DNA of 64,000 nt, taken from IMG/VR virus record IMGVR_UViG_3300007963_000006, positions 4,526 through 68,525 of that record, one strand, 5' to 3'. This DNA is from a virus. The notes below the pieces were generated by a model, which was given only the letters and a program-made list of their open reading frames with translations, was not told the DNA's origin and made no database searches. Made by a program: the position numbers and the translations under genes. Positions 1 to 9,098 of this stretch are shown here, piece by piece (within the stretch, counting starts at the first letter, position 1; every line of letters begins with the position of its first letter).

Positions 1-1
1 G

Positions 2-241
2 GCAGACAAGGCATACAAGCGCACAGACGCACAGAATCAGGCACTTCACATGGTGTTGCTACAATACACCACCATCGAGGGCTACGGTGCTGAAAAATGG
101 CTTGATTGGGCTACAAACGGTGAACGTGGCTGTTCTGTTCCGGCATGGCATCAACCCGTGATCTGCACAGTGGATGATATTCAAGACGCCATGCAATACA
201 TGGTCGAGAATTATTGGACTCATCAGAAGGTGGTTGCATGA
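2..241 (+). CDS. Hypothetical protein, 5' partial
   Basis: Frame is open from the window start into the listed 50..241 ORF; ends in an ATGA overlap. Confidence 0.65.
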   Translation, partial: ADKAYKRTDAQNQALHMVLLQYTTIEGYGAEKWLDWATNGERGCSVPAWHQPVICTVDDIQDAMQYMVENYWTHQKVVA

Positions 242-333
242 TGTTCAGATTCAATTTGTGTTCAAAATGCGACTGTTTGACGGTTGAGAATTTCTGTGTT
301 GTTTGTCATTACGAACAGGAAGTGGTTGCATGA
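238..333 (+). CDS. 31-aa Cys-rich microprotein
   Basis: MMFRFNLCSKCDCLTVENFCVVCHYEQEVVA; fills the gap exactly with ATGA overlaps at both ends; two CxxC pairs. Confidence 0.6.
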   Translation: MMFRFNLCSKCDCLTVENFCVVCHYEQEVVA

Positions 334-878
334 GTCTTTCATCACAAATCGCTGACATTGAGGATGAGAACAAGCGATTGAAAGAGATCTTGGGTCAGGT
401 TCACGCACTTGTCCTTGAGGCCACCCACCCTGATTACAGGGGTTCAAGCGGTGATGCCTTGAGTAAGATTCGACAAACCTTCAGGAACGCTGCTCACGCC
501 GAGCCAGTCGAGCCAGTCGAGCCTGAATCAAAGAGAGCAGTAGTCAAGTGGATTCGACGTGTGCCTCCTCCCCCCTCCAAGATGGAGGATTCGCCTATGC
601 GCCCCGATCTAACTGATGAGCAGTGGCGCAAGGCACAGGGTGGTCATTGGTCCGGTTGGATGCGTGACTACATTTACGACCACCAGTGCCCCAAGTGCGG
701 TCAAGGTGCCCTCAATTGGTGTTCATCAGCGACATACCCGTATGAGCAAACAAACAGCCCTCATGTGGCTCGTATCAAAATGGCTGTGCCTGAAATCCGC
801 AAGCATCTTCACGATGAATGGTTGGCTCTCCCTGAACAGGCCCACCTTTTGTCACAAATCACGGAGGAGAGCGTATGA
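330..878 (+). CDS. Hypothetical protein (coiled coil + CxxC)
   Basis: ORF track; start moved to the ATGA overlap at 330. Confidence 0.75.
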   Translation: MSLSSQIADIEDENKRLKEILGQVHALVLEATHPDYRGSSGDALSKIRQTFRNAAHAEPVEPVEPESKRAVVKWIRRVPPPPSKMEDSPMRPDLTDEQWRKAQGGHWSGWMRDYIYDHQCPKCGQGALNWCSSATYPYEQTNSPHVARIKMAVPEIRKHLHDEWLALPEQAHLLSQITEESV

Positions 879-1306
879 GCGAATCAATCGATCCAGTCTA
901 TGTCTGCCCTGAAGGTAATGTGTATCGTGACGGCGACGTGGCACCAGTCATCAAGACTGAAACCGGCTTCAAATACAACGTGCCTATCAGACGCTATGAT
1001 TGTCCGGGGTTTGCGGGCTTGGTGCAGATTGCTATGCCGCAGCCACGTCAGCACTGCTGTTCATGTGGGAATTGCCCCGATGTAATCGTTCGTAAGGTCG
1101 TGACAGAATACACACCTGAATTGGATGAGGATATGATAATCGAATGGGTTGTCGAACCATACCGTGATGAGGACGAGAACGGCGATGTGCCGTTCTTTGT
1201 CGGTCCTGCATCGGATGGGTGGCGATACGATTACGCACGCAGCCAGTATTGCGCTGCACGCGCAAAGCAGATTCACGAACAGACCATGATGGGAGGCGGT
1301 GCTTGA
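875..1306 (+). CDS. Hypothetical Cys-rich protein
   Basis: ORF with GGAGG SD and ATGA overlap. Confidence 0.75.
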   Translation: MSESIDPVYVCPEGNVYRDGDVAPVIKTETGFKYNVPIRRYDCPGFAGLVQIAMPQPRQHCCSCGNCPDVIVRKVVTEYTPELDEDMIIEWVVEPYRDEDENGDVPFFVGPASDGWRYDYARSQYCAARAKQIHEQTMMGGGA

Positions 1307-1411
1307 ATGTCGAGCGCACATTGTTCATGCCGAACCTGTGGGGTTTTCATCCACTTTCAATTGGAACCATATTCGTCAATGCAGATATGTAAAGAATGCT
1401 GTCAAAAGTGA
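1307..1411 (+). CDS. 34-aa Zn-ribbon microprotein
   Basis: MSSAHCSCRTCG...ICKECCQK, starting directly after the upstream stop. Confidence 0.5.
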   Translation: MSSAHCSCRTCGVFIHFQLEPYSSMQICKECCQK

Positions 1412-1421
1412 AGGGTGATTC

Positions 1422-1700
1422 GTGATGAAAGACCGAGCAGGAGAATTCCCATTACAATGTCCTCGGCCATCCTGTGCCGGTATCATCGGTTTAGATCGTG
1501 ATGGCTATGCCTGTCTGCCCTGCGAGGTATGCGGGCACAACATCACAGCGTGTCAGAAGTGCGCTCGCACGATAAATCGCCACAAGAGGGGAGAGCCAGT
1601 CGTTGTGGACGGTTTGAGATACTGTAACGAGCAGTGTGCAACCAATGGCACAGGCTCATTCATAGACAGATGGGAGAAGCAACAAGGCGGTGATGAATGA
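1422..1700 (+). CDS. Multi-CxxC zinc-finger protein
   Basis: CPRPSC, CEVC, CQKC, YCNEQC. Confidence 0.7.
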   Translation: MMKDRAGEFPLQCPRPSCAGIIGLDRDGYACLPCEVCGHNITACQKCARTINRHKRGEPVVVDGLRYCNEQCATNGTGSFIDRWEKQQGGDE

Positions 1701-1840
1701 TGGTGGGGTGGAAAAGGACATCGTGGATCAATCTCGGTGACGGGAGAATATCGCGTGAATTTGGTTCTCCGGGTGTGCATGGAAAGAACGCTTCTCTCTT
1801 TTGGTGGGTATTGCACATTCCGCTATGGAAGGAGGTCTGA
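1697..1840 (+). CDS. 47-aa hypothetical protein
   Basis: Fills the gap; ATGA overlap and GGTGA SD. Confidence 0.45.
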   Translation: MMVGWKRTSWINLGDGRISREFGSPGVHGKNASLFWWVLHIPLWKEV

Positions 1841-1843
1841 AGA

Positions 1844-2071
1844 ATGGGCATAATTGAGAAGGTATTCGGCGGTTCCGCGAAGGAGAAGCCACCAATGACG
1901 ATTCAGTCATTGGAGGCTTTGCTCACGAAACGCAGGGGAAAGATGGGTCACATTACACTACTGATCGAGGGGGAATCATACCGTTTGGTGCCTCTTGATG
2001 ACTACGAGCGCATCATGCGTTCTGTGAGGGCTGTGGAGGCCATGCACGGGGTGATGAAGGATGACGCCTGA
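1844..2071 (+). CDS. Hypothetical protein
   Basis: GGAGGT SD; ORF track. Confidence 0.7.
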   Translation: MGIIEKVFGGSAKEKPPMTIQSLEALLTKRRGKMGHITLLIEGESYRLVPLDDYERIMRSVRAVEAMHGVMKDDA

Positions 2072-2408
2072 TGATATGGATCAATGGAATGAACGGCTCA
2101 AAGACCCTGCATTTCTAATCAAGAATTTCAGGGAATTTCCTTCCATCGAAAAATACCGAGAAGAATACAATGACGAGGGGGAATTGCTCTCCCGTTGCCC
2201 TTGCTGTTGGGAATTGAAAGGGACACACGTTGTCGAGTATTGGAATGGTCGGTGGGGTCGCGGTCCAAAAGAGCCGCATTGGGTTCAGGCCGATATGTGC
2301 TATTGGTGCTTCTGCACCCTCGCAGAAGTCGAACCGAAAACCCCACGCAAGGATTACTTCGCACTTGAACGATCCATGTTAGAATCCCCATTGAAGGAGG
2401 CGGCATGA
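2061..2408 (+). CDS. Hypothetical Zn-finger protein
   Basis: CPCC...CYWC; GGTGA SD. Confidence 0.7.
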   Translation: MTPDDMDQWNERLKDPAFLIKNFREFPSIEKYREEYNDEGELLSRCPCCWELKGTHVVEYWNGRWGRGPKEPHWVQADMCYWCFCTLAEVEPKTPRKDYFALERSMLESPLKEAA

Positions 2409-2645
2409 ATGACAGAAGAACGCACTATCAGGATACGTTCAACGGGGTGTTTTGTGCAGAAAGCAGATAGCAACAGGCACGCAAAGTGTGACAAATGCAA
2501 TTCATGTTATTCAGTCAAACAAGAGGGCTATGACCGCACGCGGCTTAGGGAAAGAGATGGAAAATTCGTGTCGGAATTTGTCGTGTTGAGGTCGTTCGCC
2601 CAGTGCAATTGTTCCACGCTCAAAGGAAAGGAGGAGAGAGCATGA
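2409..2645 (+). CDS. Hypothetical Cys-rich protein
   Basis: CDKC, CNC; GGAGG SD. Confidence 0.65.
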   Translation: MTEERTIRIRSTGCFVQKADSNRHAKCDKCNSCYSVKQEGYDRTRLRERDGKFVSEFVVLRSFAQCNCSTLKGKEERA

Positions 2646-2980
2646 GCGGCTTCCATGAGTCCACATACACAGCCATGCCGTATGGACGGCGTGGGAAGCG
2701 CACACGCGACCTGTGGATCGAGATTAGGCGCGTAACAGGCTCTCCACCCACCCTGATTCACTATCAGCCCGCTCGTCGTAATTACACGGACGCTGACGGC
2801 AACCAGTATTTCCTTGATGCTGCACGGTGGACTATTCATCACGAATCAGGTATCTTTCAATTACATGGTTCGTCTGACGCGGTAATCGCTGAAATCGGCT
2901 CGGTTGGGCTGAAGGAGCCGGTATTTTCAATAGGAAACACACAGGGAGATGGGGTCGATGGAGATAGTCGAAACGGATAG
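2642..2980 (+). CDS. Hypothetical protein
   Basis: ATGA overlap at 2642. Confidence 0.65.
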   Translation: MSGFHESTYTAMPYGRRGKRTRDLWIEIRRVTGSPPTLIHYQPARRNYTDADGNQYFLDAARWTIHHESGIFQLHGSSDAVIAEIGSVGLKEPVFSIGNTQGDGVDGDSRNG

Positions 2981-3248
2981 AGGCGCGTGCTTCACGAAGA
3001 ACAGATTCAAGACGCTGTGCGGTCATCGGATCGAGAGCGAGAAGTCGCACACATTTAGTCGCATTATTGCTTCTATCGGGCGTCATCCGACACACAGTAT
3101 ATGGTGTGCCGTTTGTCACGAAAGATGGGTTGAAATTGAGAATCGTGTGGATCGACACGCGATAACCATTATTTCGCCTGATGACGGACCAAAAAACACA
3201 GGTTGGGCATGGTCGATTAGTCACGAAGAATCCTGTCAAAATGACTGA
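2949..3248 (+). CDS. Hypothetical Cys/His-containing protein
   Basis: ORF track; CGH...CAVC. Confidence 0.55.
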   Translation: MGSMEIVETDRGACFTKNRFKTLCGHRIESEKSHTFSRIIASIGRHPTHSIWCAVCHERWVEIENRVDRHAITIISPDDGPKNTGWAWSISHEESCQND

Positions 3249-3307
3249 CATTCCATATAACATCACCGGACAAAACCGTGCTACTGCGAGCCATTGGTGA
3301 CGAAACA

Positions 3308-3338
3308 CTTAAGTGTGCAGCCCCCGTCGTCAGTAATA
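3308..3338 (+). promoter_or_regulatory. Candidate viral promoter (TATA + C-tract)
   Basis: CTTAAGtgtgCAGCCCCCgtcg in an intergenic gap; resembles copies at 4780, 6915, 9051 and 15003. Confidence 0.4.
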
Positions 3339-3354
3339 CCCGGAGAGGTATGAT

Positions 3355-3576
3355 ATGGCAAAGAGAGCAGCAAGTGTAGCACACGCGGAATATGAAATTC
3401 TGCGTGAATTGATGAGAAACATCGATCTGGAAGATTTGATGGATGAAATGGTGGTTGGACGCAACGCCGACGAGATTCGACACGCACAGAAGAGATGGGA
3501 CGATGCTTCCACCAACCTTCTGAAGTGGATGAAGAAGCGGGCTGACGTTCGCGCAAAGGCGGTGCCTAAGAGATGA
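3355..3576 (+). CDS. Hypothetical helical protein
   Basis: GAGGT SD; ORF track. Confidence 0.7.
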   Translation: MAKRAASVAHAEYEILRELMRNIDLEDLMDEMVVGRNADEIRHAQKRWDDASTNLLKWMKKRADVRAKAVPKR

Positions 3577-3986
3577 AGCACTACACCACAGAACAATTGG
3601 AAAAGGCAACAAGATGCCCTAACTGCGGCGTGGGCGCGAAGCGTCATGTTCACGGCGGTTTGGATATTATCTATGCTGAATGCACTGGTGTTGCACAATA
3701 CTACAAAGTGGTTCCCTGTTCATCAGGATACGGCGATATGGTGGTGCCGATCCGTCCACCCATTGTCAAGGTTGAGTCGTGTGGTTGGTCACAGGGCACA
3801 GACGACATTCAAAGAATCCCCGGTGGCTACGTCAGTGATGTAGCACGGTATGAATCCACTACGCTCACGCAGGAATCATCCACAACATACGAGCCGACCA
3901 AGAATCACTTGGGCAAGCCGCGTGGTTCAGGTGTGTTCCTGATTGACTACTTGGCTGAAGTCACAATCGAGGAGGCGATTGCATGA
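3573..3986 (+). CDS. Hypothetical protein with CPNC
   Basis: ATGA overlaps at both ends. Confidence 0.7.
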   Translation: MKHYTTEQLEKATRCPNCGVGAKRHVHGGLDIIYAECTGVAQYYKVVPCSSGYGDMVVPIRPPIVKVESCGWSQGTDDIQRIPGGYVSDVARYESTTLTQESSTTYEPTKNHLGKPRGSGVFLIDYLAEVTIEEAIA

Positions 3987-4783
3987 GTCGCGTAATCAAA
4001 GTGGCTATGTTCAATCAATTGCCGCGACAGATCGAATTCCCATTCACGCTCTTACACACGATGGTTCGTGAAGGTCGCCTCCCGACCTGCTGTTATCAAT
4101 TGAGCGAGGCACTGGTTCGTGTGCTACGTCAGCGAGGATACCCTGAAGCACGCACAGTGTTGGCTGACGTGTTCCTGTGGAACGATGATTACCGCCGCGT
4201 CCAAAGCGATTCCACGCTTCGTGATGAATGGCTGAATGGATTGCGAAAGAAGGAATCTCACGACAAGAGCAAGACATACAACAAGCGCACATCATTCAAG
4301 AAGCGTGCCCGCTTGTCAAAGAAGAAGAAGGTCAAGCCATATCTTGCATCAGTCAGTCACAATCAGAATGGCCCCGATGGTGGCTATGATGGTCACGTTA
4401 TGGTCGAAGTGGACGGTAACATCATCTGTCCGACATTCACACAATTCTCACGCAAGCAGCACGGCATCAAAGCACCACCATATTCAATCATCCCTGTCGA
4501 GGAATTCACACTGGATGACAAGTCCGAAGAATTGATCGAGAAGTTATGTCACGCATTCATGGATGCCTCTTACAATGGCGACGAGGAAGTGGCGAAGGAC
4601 GTAGCGATGGCGGCTATGTCGCAGGGCTATGTAGCCATCAAAGGCCATCCCGAAAGAGGATGGTTTGCGATCTGCCTTCGTCCTGATGTGGAACCAAATT
4701 ACATGAATACAACCGACACAGCCGAGGATAACGTGGCTTGGTTGGTGAAAGATTTACTACAATTGATAGATGGCGGGGATTAA
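3983..4783 (+). CDS. Papain/transglutaminase-like fold protein (putative)
   Basis: TCCYQLSEAL...LRQRG and GHVMVEVDGNIICPTFTQF resemble the C...HxxvevdgxxiDpTxxQF pattern. Confidence 0.5.
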   Translation: MSRVIKVAMFNQLPRQIEFPFTLLHTMVREGRLPTCCYQLSEALVRVLRQRGYPEARTVLADVFLWNDDYRRVQSDSTLRDEWLNGLRKKESHDKSKTYNKRTSFKKRARLSKKKKVKPYLASVSHNQNGPDGGYDGHVMVEVDGNIICPTFTQFSRKQHGIKAPPYSIIPVEEFTLDDKSEELIEKLCHAFMDASYNGDEEVAKDVAMAAMSQGYVAIKGHPERGWFAICLRPDVEPNYMNTTDTAEDNVAWLVKDLLQLIDGGD

Positions 4784-4806
4784 ATACACACCCCCCTTCG
4801 GACATT
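4780..4806 (+). promoter_or_regulatory. Candidate viral promoter
   Basis: TTAAATAcaCACCCCCCTTCG upstream of the helicase. Confidence 0.5.
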
Positions 4807-4819
4807 CGCAGGTGACAGC

Positions 4820-6334
4820 ATGATAACACTATACAATTGGCAAGAAGAAGCACTGGAAATCGGCATCAAGCACGTTGAGGCGGAGGAGAACAGCACCTTC
4901 GCCGCCGTGACTGGATCGGGCAAGACACTACTGGCGACACGGATTGCAGAACACGTCTTGGCATTGGGATGGCACGTCACTATCATTGTGCCGCGCAAGG
5001 CATTGATGACACAATGGCGTGAGGACTTGCCGATGGATGCAGGGCGCATTGGTGGCGGCTCAATCAAGGGGTGGCCTCAAGACGGGACTCAAAATGTCAC
5101 CATCGCTACAATCAATTCTATGCGCGACGGCAAGGGCCGTGCGCTTGGTGGTGAAAGACACCTTGTCATTGTGGATGAATGCCACAATCTCCGAGGCGCA
5201 AAGAATCGCAACGCATTGTCACAGGAGAATTGCCCGCACACCTGCGTTGTCGGTCTGTCGGCCACGCCACACCCCACCGAGAAGGACAAGGAGGTTGTCG
5301 AGTCATTGTGTGGCCCGATCCGCTACACATACCGCTACGGTCAAGCACTGGCTGACGGTGTGATTCCACCATTCGTTCTGCACGCAATTCAAATCCCAAT
5401 GGACGCCGAGGAACAGCGCGAGCATCTAATCATTAGTGACAAAATCAAGGGCGTGATGAAGGAGGCAAACCGAGAATGGGGCGCAGAACGCAACCGCCTG
5501 ATGCAGATTGCCAAGATGATGGGGCTAAAGCGCAAGCGATTGCTCAATGCCTGTCGCTCACGCTTCCACATCGCGCTACGCATCCTCAATCATCATGGCA
5601 AGGACGCACCAACACTACTCTTCCACGACACTATCGAAGGCGTGGAGCGTATGTCACAAATGACTGGGCACCTGAACCCTGCTGTCTATCACTGCAAGAC
5701 CAAGAAGGGCAGTGAGCAGATCGAGCGGTTCACTTCCGCTGAAACCAACCATCTCTATTCATGCCTCGCGCTCACAGAAGGATTCAATGTTCCGCGTGTG
5801 CAGAAGGCCATTATGATGAGCGGCCCCAACGCGCCGTTGCGTCGTATCCAAACGCTTGGTCGATGCCTCCGAGGAAAGGCCGAGGAACCCAATGAGATCT
5901 TCTTCTTCTATGTCAAGGGCACGAAGGACGAGATGGGACTACACAATCTCCTCACGACTGCTGACATTCCTGAATCAATCAAGGTCAATGGTGACACCAT
6001 CAAGGTGGTGCATCACTGGTGCGTGGATAAACGCGGCTCTCCTGTCGCACAGGAGGGAACGAGAGCCGCTGAATTGGGCATCCACCCCGTCGAACCCCCC
6101 ATTCATCACGCATTCGTGGCGAAACAGTGGAGCAGTAGCGGCCCTCAACACTGTGAGAAGTGTGGACGTGACTTTCGCAGCGAGGTTGGATTGAACAACC
6201 ACCACTGCGTGAAGTCGAGCGGTCGCGTCGATAAGGACGGCAACCGGATCGTGCGTTCTTGGGAGGACATCTTCGGTCCCACGCCTGAAACATTTGATGA
6301 ATTCATGGAAGGATTTGAGGACGGTGATGCCTGA
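4820..6334 (+). CDS. Superfamily 2 helicase (XPB/Rad25-like) with C-terminal C2H2-like zinc finger
   Basis: Q motif WQ, Walker A AVTGSGKT, DECH, SATP, motif VI QTLGRCLR; CEKCGRDFRSEVGLNNHHC. Confidence 0.9.
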   Translation: MITLYNWQEEALEIGIKHVEAEENSTFAAVTGSGKTLLATRIAEHVLALGWHVTIIVPRKALMTQWREDLPMDAGRIGGGSIKGWPQDGTQNVTIATINSMRDGKGRALGGERHLVIVDECHNLRGAKNRNALSQENCPHTCVVGLSATPHPTEKDKEVVESLCGPIRYTYRYGQALADGVIPPFVLHAIQIPMDAEEQREHLIISDKIKGVMKEANREWGAERNRLMQIAKMMGLKRKRLLNACRSRFHIALRILNHHGKDAPTLLFHDTIEGVERMSQMTGHLNPAVYHCKTKKGSEQIERFTSAETNHLYSCLALTEGFNVPRVQKAIMMSGPNAPLRRIQTLGRCLRGKAEEPNEIFFFYVKGTKDEMGLHNLLTTADIPESIKVNGDTIKVVHHWCVDKRGSPVAQEGTRAAELGIHPVEPPIHHAFVAKQWSSSGPQHCEKCGRDFRSEVGLNNHHCVKSSGRVDKDGNRIVRSWEDIFGPTPETFDEFMEGFEDGDA

Positions 6335-6918
6335 TGCCTGAATTCGGTGTAGTCAGACGCCCCTCCTGCTCTCTATGCGATTCATTCGTCGTGTTCTGCG
6401 TGGATGAATACATGGGCCAATGGCACTGCCTCAATTGTGATTCAAATTTGCTCAAGCCGAGAAAGACTTCAGCGAAATACAAGAGCATTCACACACTGGA
6501 AGAACGACAGCAAACGGCGACAGAATTCAATGAAATGATGTTGGCTATGAAACACATCAACGGTGAAATCGTGATGAAAAACGTGCATGAAAAAACCGTG
6601 TATGCACCCGCGATCCAAATTGGAACGCGAGAAGTGCAATTGGCTCGCGCTCTTGAGAATTGGATGGATGACATCGGACTGGGCAGTATCGAAGAGATGG
6701 CTACACGCCTCTCATTCTTGGAACACTACTACGAACACACACAGCACATGGGCCTGAAAGATGTCATGGGTCGTTCACCACAAGAGGCTGAAGATTTTGC
6801 GAATTCTATGCCCGTGAACGGGATGCCGTGGATCGCTAATCGAGAGGAACGACCATACGGGGCATCATTGGAGCGTCAGAAGCAAATCAATTCAGAAGAA
6901 AACGAGAGCGTTGATTAA
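6334..6918 (+). CDS. Zn-ribbon protein
   Basis: CSLC...CLNC. Confidence 0.75.
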   Translation: MPEFGVVRRPSCSLCDSFVVFCVDEYMGQWHCLNCDSNLLKPRKTSAKYKSIHTLEERQQTATEFNEMMLAMKHINGEIVMKNVHEKTVYAPAIQIGTREVQLARALENWMDDIGLGSIEEMATRLSFLEHYYEHTQHMGLKDVMGRSPQEAEDFANSMPVNGMPWIANREERPYGASLERQKQINSEENESVD

Positions 6919-6944
6919 AAGGGCACATCCCTCTCCGCCACATC
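6915..6944 (+). promoter_or_regulatory. Candidate viral promoter, probably leaderless transcript
   Basis: TTAAAAgggCACATCCCTCTCCGCCACA; ATG lies 24 nt after the box with no SD. Confidence 0.5.
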
Positions 6945-7475
6945 ATGGCAGGAAAGAAACGCGCTAAGATTGACCATGAGCAGATTCGCTCATTATTGAC
7001 CACGAACAATGGGGACCAAAAGGCCACCCTGAAAGCATATCGCGGAAAGCGCGGTGTGCGACGGCCCAAAGAACAGTCCCTCAAGAATGCAATCAAGCGT
7101 ATGGCTGAACGCATGGCGGAGGAACGCCGTCAAACTGCGCGGCGACGTGCAAACAAATACGATCCGCGCTCGCATACACCGAGCAAGTGGGATGGGCCAC
7201 AGCAGCATCACCCTCAAGGATTCGCAAACAGCCCATTCCTCAAGTCTGCCGGTCTTAGTGAAATGCACAAGAGAGTTACTATGCCTCAAGCACGAAGCCT
7301 CCTCCTGAAGTATCAGGACGAATTGCCGCAGACGGAGAAGGAAATTTCAGCGTTGAAGGCCGCTCTTGGGGCACTGGAAGCGCGTCAGAAATTGTTGCGT
7401 GAGCGAACAGCGAGTCTTGAGGACTGGCTGAATGAACCAACGACACTGGAAATCTGTGACTGGTTGGATGAGTAA
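6945..7475 (+). CDS. Basic coiled-coil hypothetical protein
   Basis: ORF track. Confidence 0.75.
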   Translation: MAGKKRAKIDHEQIRSLLTTNNGDQKATLKAYRGKRGVRRPKEQSLKNAIKRMAERMAEERRQTARRRANKYDPRSHTPSKWDGPQQHHPQGFANSPFLKSAGLSEMHKRVTMPQARSLLLKYQDELPQTEKEISALKAALGALEARQKLLRERTASLEDWLNEPTTLEICDWLDE

Positions 7476-7831
7476 TGTCATTTGTTACACGAACCCGTGC
7501 GTATCTTGCTCGCTATGAGCAACGTGTCACGGAGGCTGAACGTCGCGCTCGCAAACAGCGTGAGGATTGGGAAGATGTCGTGCGTGAATTACACATAGAT
7601 CGAGGAACACTTCTTGGGTCCGAGGAATGGACTTCCATGAATGGTGTCGAACGAACCAATGCTTTGTTGGCAATCGATCAGAAGATTGGTGCGGCGCGTG
7701 ATATGATGGTTGAATTGATGGGGCGTGTGGAATCAGAATTCCCACCCCGTGCAGGTTACAAGCACCGATGCAGACGCATTCGCAACCGTGTTCGTGCGTT
7801 ATCAGACGATGATTTGGGGGCGAAAATGTGA
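7475..7831 (+). CDS. Hypothetical protein
   Basis: TAATG overlap. Confidence 0.75.
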   Translation: MSFVTRTRAYLARYEQRVTEAERRARKQREDWEDVVRELHIDRGTLLGSEEWTSMNGVERTNALLAIDQKIGAARDMMVELMGRVESEFPPRAGYKHRCRRIRNRVRALSDDDLGAKM

Positions 7832-8127
7832 CTGGTTGGGGCATTCAATGGTCCGATCCGGACACCAATTCTGCATTCATGTTGTCGTTGGAAGGGCCAA
7901 GCAAGAGCGGTTGGTATTCAGCGTTGATTGAGATTGAGAGCGGAGAGCCGCAGGACATTCTGAAAACGGCACAAGGAATCTTAGAGGAACGAGGATTCTA
8001 TCGACCGCACGATAACTGGTTGGATTGGGAAGAAATCAACACCACTTACATGAGGAAGCAAGCCACATATCATCAAATCAAAGTGAGGAAATCACAGGGG
8101 GCGAAAACAAATGACGAAGAAGAATGA
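7828..8127 (+). CDS. Hypothetical protein
   Basis: GTGA overlap. Confidence 0.7.
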   Translation: MTGWGIQWSDPDTNSAFMLSLEGPSKSGWYSALIEIESGEPQDILKTAQGILEERGFYRPHDNWLDWEEINTTYMRKQATYHQIKVRKSQGAKTNDEEE

Positions 8128-8317
8128 GGATGACGAATACAAATGCCCTGATTGTAATGCAATCATGGACGTAGTGAATGATAACAACGCCCCTGATGAA
8201 TGGGGAGATTCACCACAGCGAATGAAGTGTCGTCAATGCCGCCGTTGGTTGTGGGTTACGACTTTCCCTCCCGAATCCCTGAAACATCACCAATCAGGAG
8301 GCTTGTCAGATGACTGA
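8111..8317 (+). CDS. Small Zn-ribbon protein
   Basis: CPDC...CRQC. Confidence 0.7.
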   Translation: MTKKNEDDEYKCPDCNAIMDVVNDNNAPDEWGDSPQRMKCRQCRRWLWVTTFPPESLKHHQSGGLSDD

Positions 8318-9041
8318 TATTGGCCCCCTCCCTCCTCCTCAAAACCACGACGCGGAATGGGCGTGGCGTCTGTGGAATTCGTTGCAGATCGCTTCTCCTG
8401 ACGGCACGATAACAGGTGGCGTATGGGATATGCCGGGTGTTGGTCGATACCGACGCACTGGCCCTATGCACCTGACTCTCACTGAAATTCATTCATCAAT
8501 GGAACCTGACAGACTCGGTGTCACTGTGTGGAATAAGCATGATTGGGTGTGTCTGCTCGCTGAAGCAATTGGATGGGAAATCATTAGTGATCGAGTGCAG
8601 AAAGCAGATACAGCGGAGCCGTATGACCCTGAAGAACCTGAATTGGAACACATCGGGAAGGTGTTCGCGTGTCCCTGTGGCCTCGTATATTCGCTACATG
8701 GGCCGGATACAGGCTTCACACGCTTTTCTGTGGGGTCCGAAGGCCACTGTCTTAACACCACTTGTGATATTGTCCTCCCACATCCACACGCAGGGCGTTT
8801 GAATGTGGTGGATGACACCGCACTACTGGCGAAGATGGAGGCGCAAGAGCAGATTTCAATTGCTGTGGACGAGGACGAATACCCCGCGCCGCCTGACGAT
8901 CCAATCATTATCACTGACCCACCTTACACTGAAGAAGAGGCCGAATGGGAGGGCATGACCGAAGAGGAGAAAATCGCCCATTTGGAATTATACCGGGATG
9001 GAATAGAGGCATTAAAGCCCCCATCTGAAGAAGAGGAATGA
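8310..9041 (+). CDS. Hypothetical protein with acidic tail
   Basis: GGAGG SD; CPC...C...C. Confidence 0.8.
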   Translation: MTDIGPLPPPQNHDAEWAWRLWNSLQIASPDGTITGGVWDMPGVGRYRRTGPMHLTLTEIHSSMEPDRLGVTVWNKHDWVCLLAEAIGWEIISDRVQKADTAEPYDPEEPELEHIGKVFACPCGLVYSLHGPDTGFTRFSVGSEGHCLNTTCDIVLPHPHAGRLNVVDDTALLAKMEAQEQISIAVDEDEYPAPPDDPIIITDPPYTEEEAEWEGMTEEEKIAHLELYRDGIEALKPPSEEEE

Positions 9042-9050
9042 ATACGCACA

Positions 9051-9081
9051 TTGATAAGGGCCACCCCCTCTCGCTGTAATT
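9051..9081 (+). promoter_or_regulatory. Candidate viral promoter
   Basis: TTGATAAgggcCACCCCCTCTCG in an intergenic gap. Confidence 0.45.
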
Positions 9082-9098
9082 ACACAACGAGAAGTGAT

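Noticed and set aside
501-523. GAGCCAGTC tandem repeat
   Set aside because: Encodes a simple EPVEPVEP linker
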